This document shows, piece after piece, positions 12,932 to 25,900 of a stretch of 52,573 bases of DNA (its first letter is position 1; every line of letters begins with the position of its first letter). The stretch comes from Collodictyon triciliatum. Taxonomy: Eukaryota. The position numbers and the translations under genes were made by a program. The notes beneath the pieces are model-generated. The model ran no database searches, was not told the DNA's origin, and saw only the letters and a program-made list of their open reading frames with translations. The stretch spans positions 1 to 52,573 of the forward strand of contig JBHJMP010000839.1 in assembly GCA_043381765.1 (NCBI GenBank). The letters run 5' to 3'.

Positions 12932-14079
12932 ACCGATACGGTATGGCCGAACAAAAGAAAGGGTGGATTCGTCGGCGGGTAAAGTTTGTTCTGCAGAGTG
13001 TGCTGTTGGTCGAATGGATACGTCTATTCCGTCGGGAGTCTCACCAAGCGTGTTGTACTCTGTTTCAAAAAAAAAAAAAAAGAACAGAAAAGAAGAAGGA
13101 AAAGAGGAAAGAAAGAAAAAAAAAAAGGGCAAGGAGCGATCAGAAACCTTTCTGGGTTCACTCGTCTAGTTTCACAAAGTGAGGCGATCGATGTTGCTGC
13201 GAACAAACCTTTTTGCATAAACAGCCACGCCTTGCACCAAACTGCTGATATAAGAGGACAGACCGTCGAGAAATCCTGTGCAATAATCAGGCCGTGGCGC
13301 TTTCAGTTATAAAAAAAAAAAAAGCCCGAATAATACCAAAGGAAGCGAAACTTGAAAGAGAGTTTTGTGGAAAAGAATCTCCGCGCACAAACTTGCGGAC
13401 TTGTTCGCTACTTCCGCTTTGTCTTGCTGAACAATAGTTTGCGCACAGACAACTTTTCTTAATGCGGGACAAGTCTCACTGATAGGAAACTGGCTTTGCG
13501 GAGCTGTGTGCCGCAAAACAGAAGCAGGCAAGCGCATCAATGGCCAACTTCATATGTCTTTTCTGGCGCGCTTGTCTTCCTTTTCGCTTTGTGATGACCG
13601 CGGTTGATTGAAAGCTCACCGAATTTCCATAGAGGAAGTCAGGATACGGAAACCGTTGAAGCAAAAAGATATATCAATTAATACATACCTGTATCATTTT
13701 TCCTTTATTCTATTCTAATAATACATACCTGTATCATAATATATATTTTAAAAGATAAAATGCTAGCATTTAGCATAATAGAGTATTATGATTATATTTT
13801 CCATATATGTAAATATCAACGCAATCGATAACAACTGTTGGAAATATATTTTGATTGCTGCTGTTTTTTTTTTGGTGAAGGCGAGGGATGAGAAGAAGAA
13901 AAAAGGGCAGAGGATTTTTATTTTACCACGGTGCGGATGGTCCTTGTTTCAGCAGAAGCATCTTCACATAATTTCCAACGATTATATGAATCAAAGGGAT
14001 ACCAAACGACTTGGGCAAGCGAAAGGAGGTTGGGCTGTTGTGCCGGCCGGGGCGTAATAATTGATAGTGCGTGCTTGTT

Positions 14080-15770
<1,691 letters not shown>

Positions 15771-17642
15771 GGACAAAAGAATCTGTTTCAAACAACATTA
15801 GGTAGGAGGCTTGAGTGAGGGACACGGCCTAATAGGCCATTTTAAATCGGAAAAAAAAATACATTTCATGTTCAGAGGGCTTCTAGTGAGCCTCTGGATG
15901 GATGTTGTAGCAGATGAATCATACAAATATTGAAAAAGGTGAAAGGCTATGTTTTTCCATGTCCGGCGTAGTGTTATATAGAAAGGATAAGTGCGACTGC
16001 TTGAATATGTAATAATATAGAGGGATTGCTTAAATAAAAAAAAAAAATTGGTCTCGTGGACGATAGGAGGGATAGCTATTAGTGCTGTTTTGGTGGGGCG
16101 TTGCTGACAGTATTCATAAAGTCCCTTGATTCAATCAGATTCAACAGGAAAAGGCCATTTCGCTGCACGAGCTCAGTGCTAAATGATCGGTCACAAGCAC
16201 GAGCAAGAATCGATTACGAATGGCAAGAAGGTGTGTTTTGTGAGGGGTTGTGCGCCCATTGTCATATGTGTTTTGTTTTCTCTTTCCCCAGTGTTATTTT
16301 TAGTTCCCTAAAATAACCCACTCCATCCGCCTTATCTAATAAGAGAACTTTTGACTAGCATGGATATTTTCCACGAAGTGGTGTGCAGCCTATTCGTGTG
16401 TATTTTCATTGAAAATTCAATTCTGGTTTGTTCTGGGCGCCAACGAATCCAAGCAAAATTTGTTGGGGTTGTTGGGCTTTGACTTTGTCACACTGCGTAA
16501 CTGACGACAGAACTATTTCAGTTCATTTGCGAGAGAGGGATGGATCGACTGGCTCGTGCCGGGCAAAGTTAAAAAAAAAAACATCAGAAGGTGAGAAAGC
16601 AGCCAAGGTGATTAGAGGAAGGAAGGTGTGTACGTGTGGTGTTCTGGTGGAAGGAATTGGGCGTACACCTCCTTTCACTCACAACAGGAGGAATGAGAGG
16701 AAGATAGCCAGAGTTGGGGTGCATAACTACCCAGCGACCATGTTGCAAAAGCAGAGCTTTGAATCAAATAGAAGGGGGAAAATATTGCAAGCGCAGGAAA
16801 AGGCGGCCGACTGGGGACTCGGCGAGGTTTTGTTCGACTTGAAGAGTTGGTTTTCACGTATTTGTAAGTTTCTTCAGTGGGGTGGAATGATCGCCCATCA
16901 ACTCGAGAAAAAGGCAGACTTATGATTGGGCGAGCTGGTTAGCCTGGTTGGAAGGAAGGTTGGATGGCGGATATGGCTGGCTTGTTGCGAAAAAATCATT
17001 CTGTCTTACAGGCAAGCCTTTGGCAGAAAGAATGCGTCAGTCACAAAGGATTCTTTATTGCCCTTTCTTTTTCCACGTTAGTATTGTCATCGTGTACTTC
17101 AATGAACTTGGATAAATATATCTAGACCAAAAATATTTCAATTTACAAATCCGGAATTTAATTATATTATCGTTATAAAATACTTGCATTTCAATATCGA
17201 ACCAAGTAGCTGATAATATGTCATAGAAAATATGCGTACCTTATATGGGATACACTAAGCCACAGCCAACCTCAGAACTTGGGACGCCAAAGCTCAGCAC
17301 GACAACTACTACTTTTTTTAATTCTAAAAATCTTAGCTGTTCAGCCCGTCTCAACAATCTTTCATTCAACCACCAGGCAAGTAGTTCCAAAGTAGGTGGG
17401 GATGTCTGGGAGATAGAAAAAAGAAAAGAAAAAACAGGGATAGAAATAAAGAAGGGAAAAGAGATGTGCTTGAGGCTTGATAAGAGACGCATGGATTTCT
17501 TTTGGAGACGCGTGATAGTGTCCCGCGAGTATGAGAAAAAAGAGGGACGGGTGATATTGATTGGATGGAGGAGGGGGAATACTGCTTTGATGGCGCAAGC
17601 TGTCGAAAAGGATGGTGAAAAGAGAAGTGAGGTTCGTTTGAT

Positions 17643-18221
17643 NNNNNNNNNNNNNNNNNNNNNNNNNNNNNNNNNNNNNNNNNNNNNNNNNNNNNNNNNN
17701 NNNNNNNNNNNNNNNNNNNNNNNNNNNNNNNNNNNNNNNNNNNNNNNNNNNNNNNNNNNNNNNNNNNNNNNNNNNNNNNNNNNNNNNNNNNNNNNNNNNN
17801 NNNNNNNNNNNNNNNNNNNNNNNNNNNNNNNNNNNNNNNNNNNNNNNNNNNNNNNNNNNNNNNNNNNNNNNNNNNNNNNNNNNNNNNNNNNNNNNNNNNN
17901 NNNNNNNNNNNNNNNNNNNNNNNNNNNNNNNNNNNNNNNNNNNNNNNNNNNNNNNNNNNNNNNNNNNNNNNNNNNNNNNNNNNNNNNNNNNNNNNNNNNN
18001 NNNNNNNNNNNNNNNNNNNNNNNNNNNNNNNNNNNNNNNNNNNNNNNNNNNNNNNNNNNNNNNNNNNNNNNNNNNNNNNNNNNNNNNNNNNNNNNNNNNN
18101 NNNNNNNNNNNNNNNNNNNNNNNNNNNNNNNNNNNNNNNNNNNNNNNNNNNNNNNNNNNNNNNNNNNNNNNNNNNNNNNNNNNNNNNNNNNNNNNNNNNN
18201 NNNNNNNNNNNNNNNNNNNNN
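17643..18221. other. Assembly gap
   Basis: Run of N. Confidence 1.
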
Positions 18222-19003
18222 TAGGACTCACGTGTCATGGGTGTTAGCTGCCTGCAGTCTCCCGGCTCAGGGAGTCTGTTAATGGGTTCGTTTGGGGTAG
18301 GGTATGGGTATGATGGTCGGTTTACCCTACTACAACAAACACTTTATCTACACCCACCACTTACTTTGGAGACAGAGACGTATTTGAGTTAGCACAGATG
18401 GCTCTCCCCTCGTTCAAGTCGGATGAAACAAGACAGAATCTACACATCAACGGGAGTAAAATATATATATAGGTTACTGAACACAACCACACTCAAGTTT
18501 TCTTTTTGAAGAGGCCAACCGAGAGCAGCCGGGTGTTTTCCGCCCCGCACCCAACCAGGCAATCCCTCTGAAATAATTAATATCCACAAGAGGGCATTGA
18601 TTGAGAATATCTGTGCATCTGCACAAAAAAGGAATGTGCTGTGCAAGTTTTCCAATGGGCGAAACACAAAGCCCACGCCGAATGGCCACCTTGCGAGTCC
18701 GCGCCTCCCAGTCACTCTCTCCTACAACATTGACATGTCCTACCACAGCCCGAAAGAGAGTCAGTCACGATGCCTGTGATAACAAAGACCGGCACATACC
18801 AAACGCCGCACAGATATGCGCGTCCACATACATGCATGGATGCCGCCCTCAAGACACCGGCGGATTCATACGCCAGATATACACCCAGCAGCGCCAATGC
18901 CGGGGCGAAACACAGGCAGCCATTCTGACAGAGACCCAAACGCAGGGCCATAGGCAGCAGGCAAGCAACCGACCAGCCGGCCGGCGAGAGACTTGGGCCC
19001 CGA

Positions 19004-22000
19004 ATGGAGGAAAGGACGGCAGCAGACGAGAGCGACCAGGCGAAGCAGACGGCTTCCATCGACATTCCGCGCACGCAGCCGTCCGCCTCGCAGCCCTCGT
19101 CCGATCCTTCCACACCGCCCAGTCAGATCAGACACTCGTTTTCAGCCCGCCGCTCTTTCGGCCCACGCGGTGTGCTCGACCGCTTGCCTCTCCCTTCGGC
19201 GCCTTTCGTTGCCTCGGCCTTCTCTCCGCATTCCTTGCACACAGCCCTGCCCGCTCTGCGAGAGCCGCCCCCTGTTTCTCACGGGATGGTCGAGTCTGTC
19301 TTTCGCCCGCCACATGCGACCATATTTCCAGATAATCACACGGTCTATGACTACTGGCATGCGGGTGTGTGCACCGAATAGACGATTGATGATTGATTGA
19401 TGATTGATTGATGATTGATTGATGATTGACTGATGATTGATTGATGATTGATTGATGATTGATTGATGATTGATTGATGATTGACTGATGATTGATTGAT
19501 GGTTGATGATTGATGACTGATGATTGATGACTGATGATTGATGACTGATGATTGATTGTTAATTGATTGTTAATTGATTGTTAATTGATTGTTAATTGAT
19601 TGTTAATTGGTGATTGGTGATTGATAATTGATAATTGATAATTGTTAATTGATTGTTAATTGATTGTTAATTGATTGTTAATTGATTGTTAATTGATTGT
19701 TAATTGATTGTTAATTGATTGTTAATTGATTGTTAATTGATGATTGATGATTGATGATTGATTGATTATGTTTCGACTTCCACAATGTGAAAAGTGAACT
19801 TAAAGAAAAAACTGCCCAGTTTAATGATTGACTGGTTGATTGAATAGTCATGCCAACGCCAACCGAGCTCCAGAGTCAAAGTGAATCCAGCACGCCTCGT
19901 CCGGCTGCCCTATCGCCGATGTCGACTGTCACGGCTTCTGTCATGAGGACCGCGTCTCCTTTAGCAAGCACAGAGTTGGATTTGGATGCGCATCTTCGGC
20001 CGCTTATGAACACTATTTCTCGATCCTCATCGCATCTTAGCCTGACTCTACAAGTCTCCACACCCCCAGTATACTCACCCTTTTCAGACGTGCTGTCTGT
20101 GGGTTCGCCCCTCACTCCTCCTAGTCGCTTTCAACGCATGAATATTGGTGACTCGGACGAAGAAGCCTCCGATAATTCAGGCGCAGATGAGGGCAGTGAT
20201 GAAAGTGTCCTAGGAGATCAAAATAGTACTGCTCACTACTCTGATACACTATTTTTATCACAGCCAGTGATGCACACGCCAGAAAGGTCATGTATGCATC
20301 TTTGTAACACGATGCATTCTCATGTGGACATGAAACGCATCCCTTACTATCATCTCACAACAACTTTCCGTGAATGTGGCCATCTACAAAAATATCGATG
20401 CTACACATTGCCTCAGATTCATCGGGCTTATTTGAAGAAGAAAATGCACTTGGTCAATATGCCTCGACCTGAGGAGCATGGAATCAATAAAGTGTTTGCG
20501 TCTGCATGGATTTCGCCCCGTTGCGTACTGTTTGGTTCTAAAAATAATCAGGTGACATACTTCATATAACACACATATTTTTTTTTATAAAAATAAAAAC
20601 AAAACAAAATAAACACTTTACTGGGAACATAAGTATTAAAATCAAGTGTCTTATTATGCTCTGATGTTTAACAACAGTATGTCTTTGCTTCGACCTGTAG
20701 TTGTATCTTTGGGATACGGTCAAGAGCGATATGATACCAATTCCATTTCCTGAAGGGACTCCAAATCCAAAAGTTCCGTGCTGTGCTGAAAACTTTGGAG
20801 TGCACACAATAAAAAAGAATATTTCTGGGTCGTTCCTTGTAACGGGTGGAAATCGACCAAATGATGTTGTTCTATACAGTCTCCCAGAGCTGAATCCCAT
20901 TCGCATATTTGAGGTAAAGTCTTAAAGATGTCTCAAATATTGCTTCAGTATACTTTTTGTCCATATAAAGAAAAGAGCCGTAATTTCATATGAATAAAAT
21001 AAAATTCGTATAGCAAATACCACTCTAACGGTATTGTTCGTCTCAATTATTTTCCCTTCGAAATAACAGGGTCACACCGATTGGCTCTTTGATTCTGGTT
21101 GGATAAATGATGAAGTTTTCATCACAGGTTCTTTATATTAATCGTTTTGTAAAGTTGTCAATCTGATTTGGTATTTCCGTTTGTGATGTATTCTAAAACC
21201 AAATTTACACAATAGGGTCACGAGACCATTGTGTGAAACTCTGGAATATAAACAACCCCTTCGCAATCGAAACAGATTGCCTCCAATCGCGAGTGCGCGC
21301 TGTGATGTATAGCCAGACTAGTCAGGTATCACTCTCCATTCCAGAATAGTCACCATGACTTGGAAACAAATCTTATCACTAATTTCCTTCCTCCTTTTCA
21401 TCCAAAGCGGGGTGTCTTTGTGACAATATCAGGAAAAGTACATACATACGATTGCACTGCATGGAAAAAGGTGTCTAACAGACGACTGCAACCATTTAAT
21501 AATATTTTTGAATTTTTTTATGAACTCATGGAAAATTATCCCTTTGCTCTTTCATACAGTGCGTAAATGTTGTCTCAATAAAAATAGTAAACGCCAAGCT
21601 AATTGATTTATCATCTTTTATTTATTTTATTGCCGAAGATTTCTGTGGTGAACATTAATGAACCAGAGATGACATGCATCAGCGACTCAGACTCTCATGG
21701 TCTCGTTTTGATTGGATCAAAAGAGCGCCTCATAGCATTCGACCCTCGCAGTGGTCATGTATCACAGACGAAGACTGTCACCTCACAGACGTCCTGTTAG
21801 TTTTCGCTTTTGTTTCATTTGATTAAGCTTACCATTTTAAAATTTATCATACAAGAACATACACAAAATAGTGCAGCATACCTTTCATTCATATCCCGCA
21901 TATTCCATATCTAATCACTGTCACATGGAGATCACGTAACGAGCGTCAAACCACCTTGTCCATCCAGGTATTCGCTCTGTCTCTGTTCACGATGATATAG

Positions 22001-22514
22001 TTACAATGGGGGCAATAGGCGGGATGATGTTTTATGACATGCGAGCTGATGCGTTTCTACCTATGCTTTCTTCATTATCTTCCCAAAAGAGTACATTCTT
22101 ACCTGTGGACGCAGAGCAGGTTGACCAATCACTCTACCATTCTCTCACTATCACTCTATCACTCTATCACTATCATCCTATCATTCTGTCATTCTATAAC
22201 TGAACCTGGTCGCGGATGCATCATAACATAACCCCTTAAATCCCATCATCTCTTCCAAATGCATCACAACCCAGGCAAATCTCCCCGTCCGCCACCGAGT
22301 CTATAATTCTTATCTCTACGAAGCGGTCTGCACACACGCTTACGACCCAAGCGGGACGACGCTTTTCGTTGGAGGGGGACCCATTCAGGTGATTCCACGG
22401 ACGTTGGAATGGCCGCGTCCGATGCAAATCCAAAAAATCAAGACATTCTGCTCACCCCAAACTCCTGTCTTTTAGGTGGAATCAACTGGCGCGTTCGGCC
22501 TGATTTTGCGATGA
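19004..22514 (+). CDS. DCAF12: DCAF12/WDR40-like WD40 protein (CUL4-DDB1 substrate receptor family) with long N-terminal extension
   Basis: INKVFASAW...FGSKNNQ|LYLWD...FGVHTI...LVTGGNRPND...YSLPELNP...|GHTDWLFDSGWI...TG|SRD...FDPR...IRSVS...MFYDMRA...AVCTHAYDPSGTTLFVGGGPIQ|VESTGAFGLILR* parallels recalled DCAF12 motifs (LNKVFASQW, TGGDNPN, GHKDWIF, YTHCYDSSGTKLFVAGGP). Exon 1 (ATG 19004 to 19364) splices in frame across intron 19365-19847 to the ORF at 19850; 19850 is the alternative start. Confidence 0.88.
19383..19765 (+). repeat. Compound GATT/GAT/GTTAATT-based microsatellite in the first intron of the DCAF12-like gene
   Basis: Blocks of (GATGATTGATT)n, (GATGACTGATGATT)n and (GATTGTTAATT)n. 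Confidence 0.95.
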
Positions 22515-22930
22515 ATCAGGGTCATCATCGTTCATCATGCGTTGGACGAGCGATCAGAAAACAAGCACATATGAACAAAAGGAAGCACTTTGCCTGATAT
22601 ATTTGCATGTCCCTAGATAGGCAAATAAATCCAATATCGAAACTCTGGTGGGACTTTGAAGGTGAATGAAAGTTGCGTTTTGATTTGATTTATTGGAAGC
22701 AGAGTCCAACTGCGTCAGTTTGGAATGCGGGTGAGAGAGAGAGAGAAAAAAAAAGGAGCTAAATGCTCTTTCGGAGGCGTTCGTCCGGTTCCATAGAGTT
22801 TTTTTTTTTTTTTGGAATAGAGAAAAAAGGAAAAGAGCTAGATGAAGATCGATTAAAACGGTGATTCTATCCTTCTTTTTTTTGAAAAAAATAAAATAAA
22901 AGTAGAATCCTTGTCAACGAAGCGATTTGG

Positions 22931-25900
22931 TTATTTGGGTGATTGTTCTGGGTCGATGATAAAGTATGTGTTCATCTTGTGTCCGGCAATCTCCATTTCT
23001 CCACGCGCCTCAAACTTATATGATGACTCTAACCGCACTTTCAGTTGCTCAGAAATGTGGATTCTCTCTGCGAACCGAATCATTACAGAAAGTAAAGTTT
23101 TTTTTTTCAAAGAGAAGATTAATATAAAAAAAATATTATTTTACCGAGATTGTGAAGAGGTATCATGATTAGGAAAAGATATTGTGCATCTCGTTTAGAC
23201 ATAATAGCCGGGGACTGGCATATCCATATATATGTATGAGTTTATATGATTCAAACTCACCAGGCATCCCCTTTGACTCCATCGAATTGGCAATAATCAC
23301 GTCACCACCCCAGATGTCATAACGATAGACCTTCTTTCCGATAACCCCTGGACAAACAAACGTTATTATTCGTATTTCAGAAAACAAATCGACATCCAAA
23401 CCGACAAATACAGTGTAATGAAAAGAACACTAAGCATTTGAGGCCAGTATGGAACAAGTCGATTCAACTGCCCCAAACCTGCAAGAATCTTGCCGTAGTG
23501 AATCCCAACACGAATTCGAACAGATTGACCATCAGAGCCAGGGACGTCTCTCAACTGTGGTTTGTGGAGTGAGCAAACCTCTTATATGATTATAAGTGTA
23601 TGATATTCGCAGTCTATGGGCTTTGTGGCTTACAGCCTTGGACATGTCCAGAGCAAACGCTGCTATCCGCTCTGCCGATGTTTTCCCTCCGACCTCCATT
23701 GTAGTGTTGCTCGTGGTGGGCACTCCAGCAACGACGACATATGCGTCTCCGATTCTGCAAAGTAGCAAGAGTATGAATATAAATACAAGAATAAGAAGAA
23801 AAAAATTGCTGATTTAATTCAAGAGCTCCTTTTTTTTTTCTTCCATCTATAGGATTTGTTAGATTTGTAAAATTATGATACATCGCCCACAGAGGGAATT
23901 CATATGCCAGTATCATTACGTTTGAACTTTGTAGACGCCATGCTTTTCTGTAAGTGCGTCAAACTTTTTAAACATAATCGACAGCATTTCAACCACCTGG
24001 TCATCATCAAATGAGTTGGTTCGTTTGAGTAGTTTACAAAAAATTCCTTTCAGAGTTATGCAAAAAAAAAAAGAATTATTGATATATGTTCAATGAAAAG
24101 GTAAAAGTGAATCAAGTTGTAATAGTTAGTAATGGGCCCAACCTTATCAGGAGAAGTTTTGGATGCCTTGTCTGTGAATCCAACAATATCGGAAAAAAGA
24201 ATAGCAACATCTTCGTGGAAGCTCGCAATTGTGTGTCGACCAGCCTTGGTTGAGTGCGTTTGGTACAGTGTATCGTGAGAAATAATGCCACTTATGTTAG
24301 AGTGGGATAACTTTATGCGGAGGATAGCATTTACGTTTAGATAGACAGGTCAGGTATGACCTAGAGTTCGTCGTAAATAAATTTCGGACAAAGAAAATAC
24401 CTTTAACTGGACTATGACGCTTTGGGGGAGCATATTGGAGATGAGATTATCAGACTTTTTTGTTTCTATCTTGAGTGTGCTTGTCAGAACAAAGTTGCGC
24501 CGCATGTAATACTCCTAGAGATCATAGTTGATCGATGTCAATTGTAGAAATATCAGTGAATGTCAAACCATATCGTATTGAAATAAGCCGGTCATTGTAT
24601 GACGAACCATGGGGTATGAGAGTTAGGCTCAATAAATAAATAATAATATTAATTATAATAAACCTTCAGACGTGTAGTTAAAGCATCGATAATTAGTGCG
24701 AGAAGGACGTATATCACCAGAATTTGGTATGTAATTTCGAATGAATCGGACGAATCAACTGACGAGCGCATAATTGCGCCGAGGATGACAAAGGATAGTG
24801 CAATGCCGGAGCAAACGCTCATGGCTGAAAGAAAAGGCATTCCACCAGCGTTGAATATAAGATAGATGGACATAATCACGCTAAGCGATGTGTACAACCC
24901 GAGGTTTTCGCCCTAATCACAATTTCGTCAATAAGGAGTAAGTTGCTGATACATAATACCAAAGATGGAAACCAACAGATAGTTGAAATTGAATTCCAGT
25001 TTGCCTCTTGTTCATTAACTATGTATTATTATTATTTTTTTTAAAAAAAATACTGACCTTCGCGACGCTAATAATACAGAGCAAAAATCCCTCAAAGAAA
25101 TAAAATGCCCCTCCGAATCGTTGGGGATTGTTCTGGAAGCGTTCAGACCTCGTAAAGCGAATGAAGACAGAGCCAAGAACTATTACATTATTGGGGAATG
25201 AAAAGTGAAGGGTTGAGTACTTTTCTTCGGAAATAAATACCAAGAAGTAACCCTGTTAATCAATATAGACAACAAATGCAGAAATATGTTCTCACCAACG
25301 AACATGAATCGAAGGCCAACACCAACAGCAAGTGATTTGGATGATGAACCCCCAATTACCTCAAAGAAACATGAACCAGCATATCTAAGTTACAAACCAA
25401 TGGGCTTAATTTTTCCAAAAAAAAAAAAATTCACGTATTTGCAAATGCGTGTGAGAGCCCTTAAATCATACCCGATGACGAATATGAATGCACACGCACG
25501 GATTTGTTTCGCCACGATTGGCCTAATTTCATCACTAAAAGCATTTTCAAGCTCAGATGAACCCAGAAACTTCATTGACACGGGATGCATGGGAATATCC
25601 TCACGAACTTGCTCATTCTTGCAATATGTATTAGGTTATTTAAAGAGACCGGATGATATACTCACAAAGGGGTTTAAAATTTCATTTATTCAAAAAAATT
25701 CTTTAAAAGAGCCCTAAATATTTATTATCCTTATAATACCTTCGTTTTCTTTGTTGATATGAGCTTAGAGTCCGAATAGACCGATGTGCGCTAGTATGTA
25801 AGTTTATTAAAATAGATAATCAAGCGATGCCATTAGATTCCCAAATTGATTTTGAAAAAATCTTTCAAACTAGCAGGGAAATAATGCAATACACGCTTAC

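Noticed and set aside
13679-13737. Direct repeat TAATACATACCTGTATCAT (two copies), and a similar short duplication at about 9320-9378
   Set aside because: Short local duplications in AT-rich non-coding DNA with no element between them and no evidence of function.
16428-17640. ORFs 16428-16925 and 17245 onward as genes
   Set aside because: No recognisable motifs or consistent exon chain; the longer ORF is inflated by the N gap. Probably leader or promoter sequence between the divergent Myb and DCAF12-like genes.
18601-19400. Overlapping GC-rich ORFs as a mobile element or separate gene
   Set aside because: No transposase or RT motifs. The ATG-19004 frame splices in frame into the DCAF12-like gene, which explains the region.
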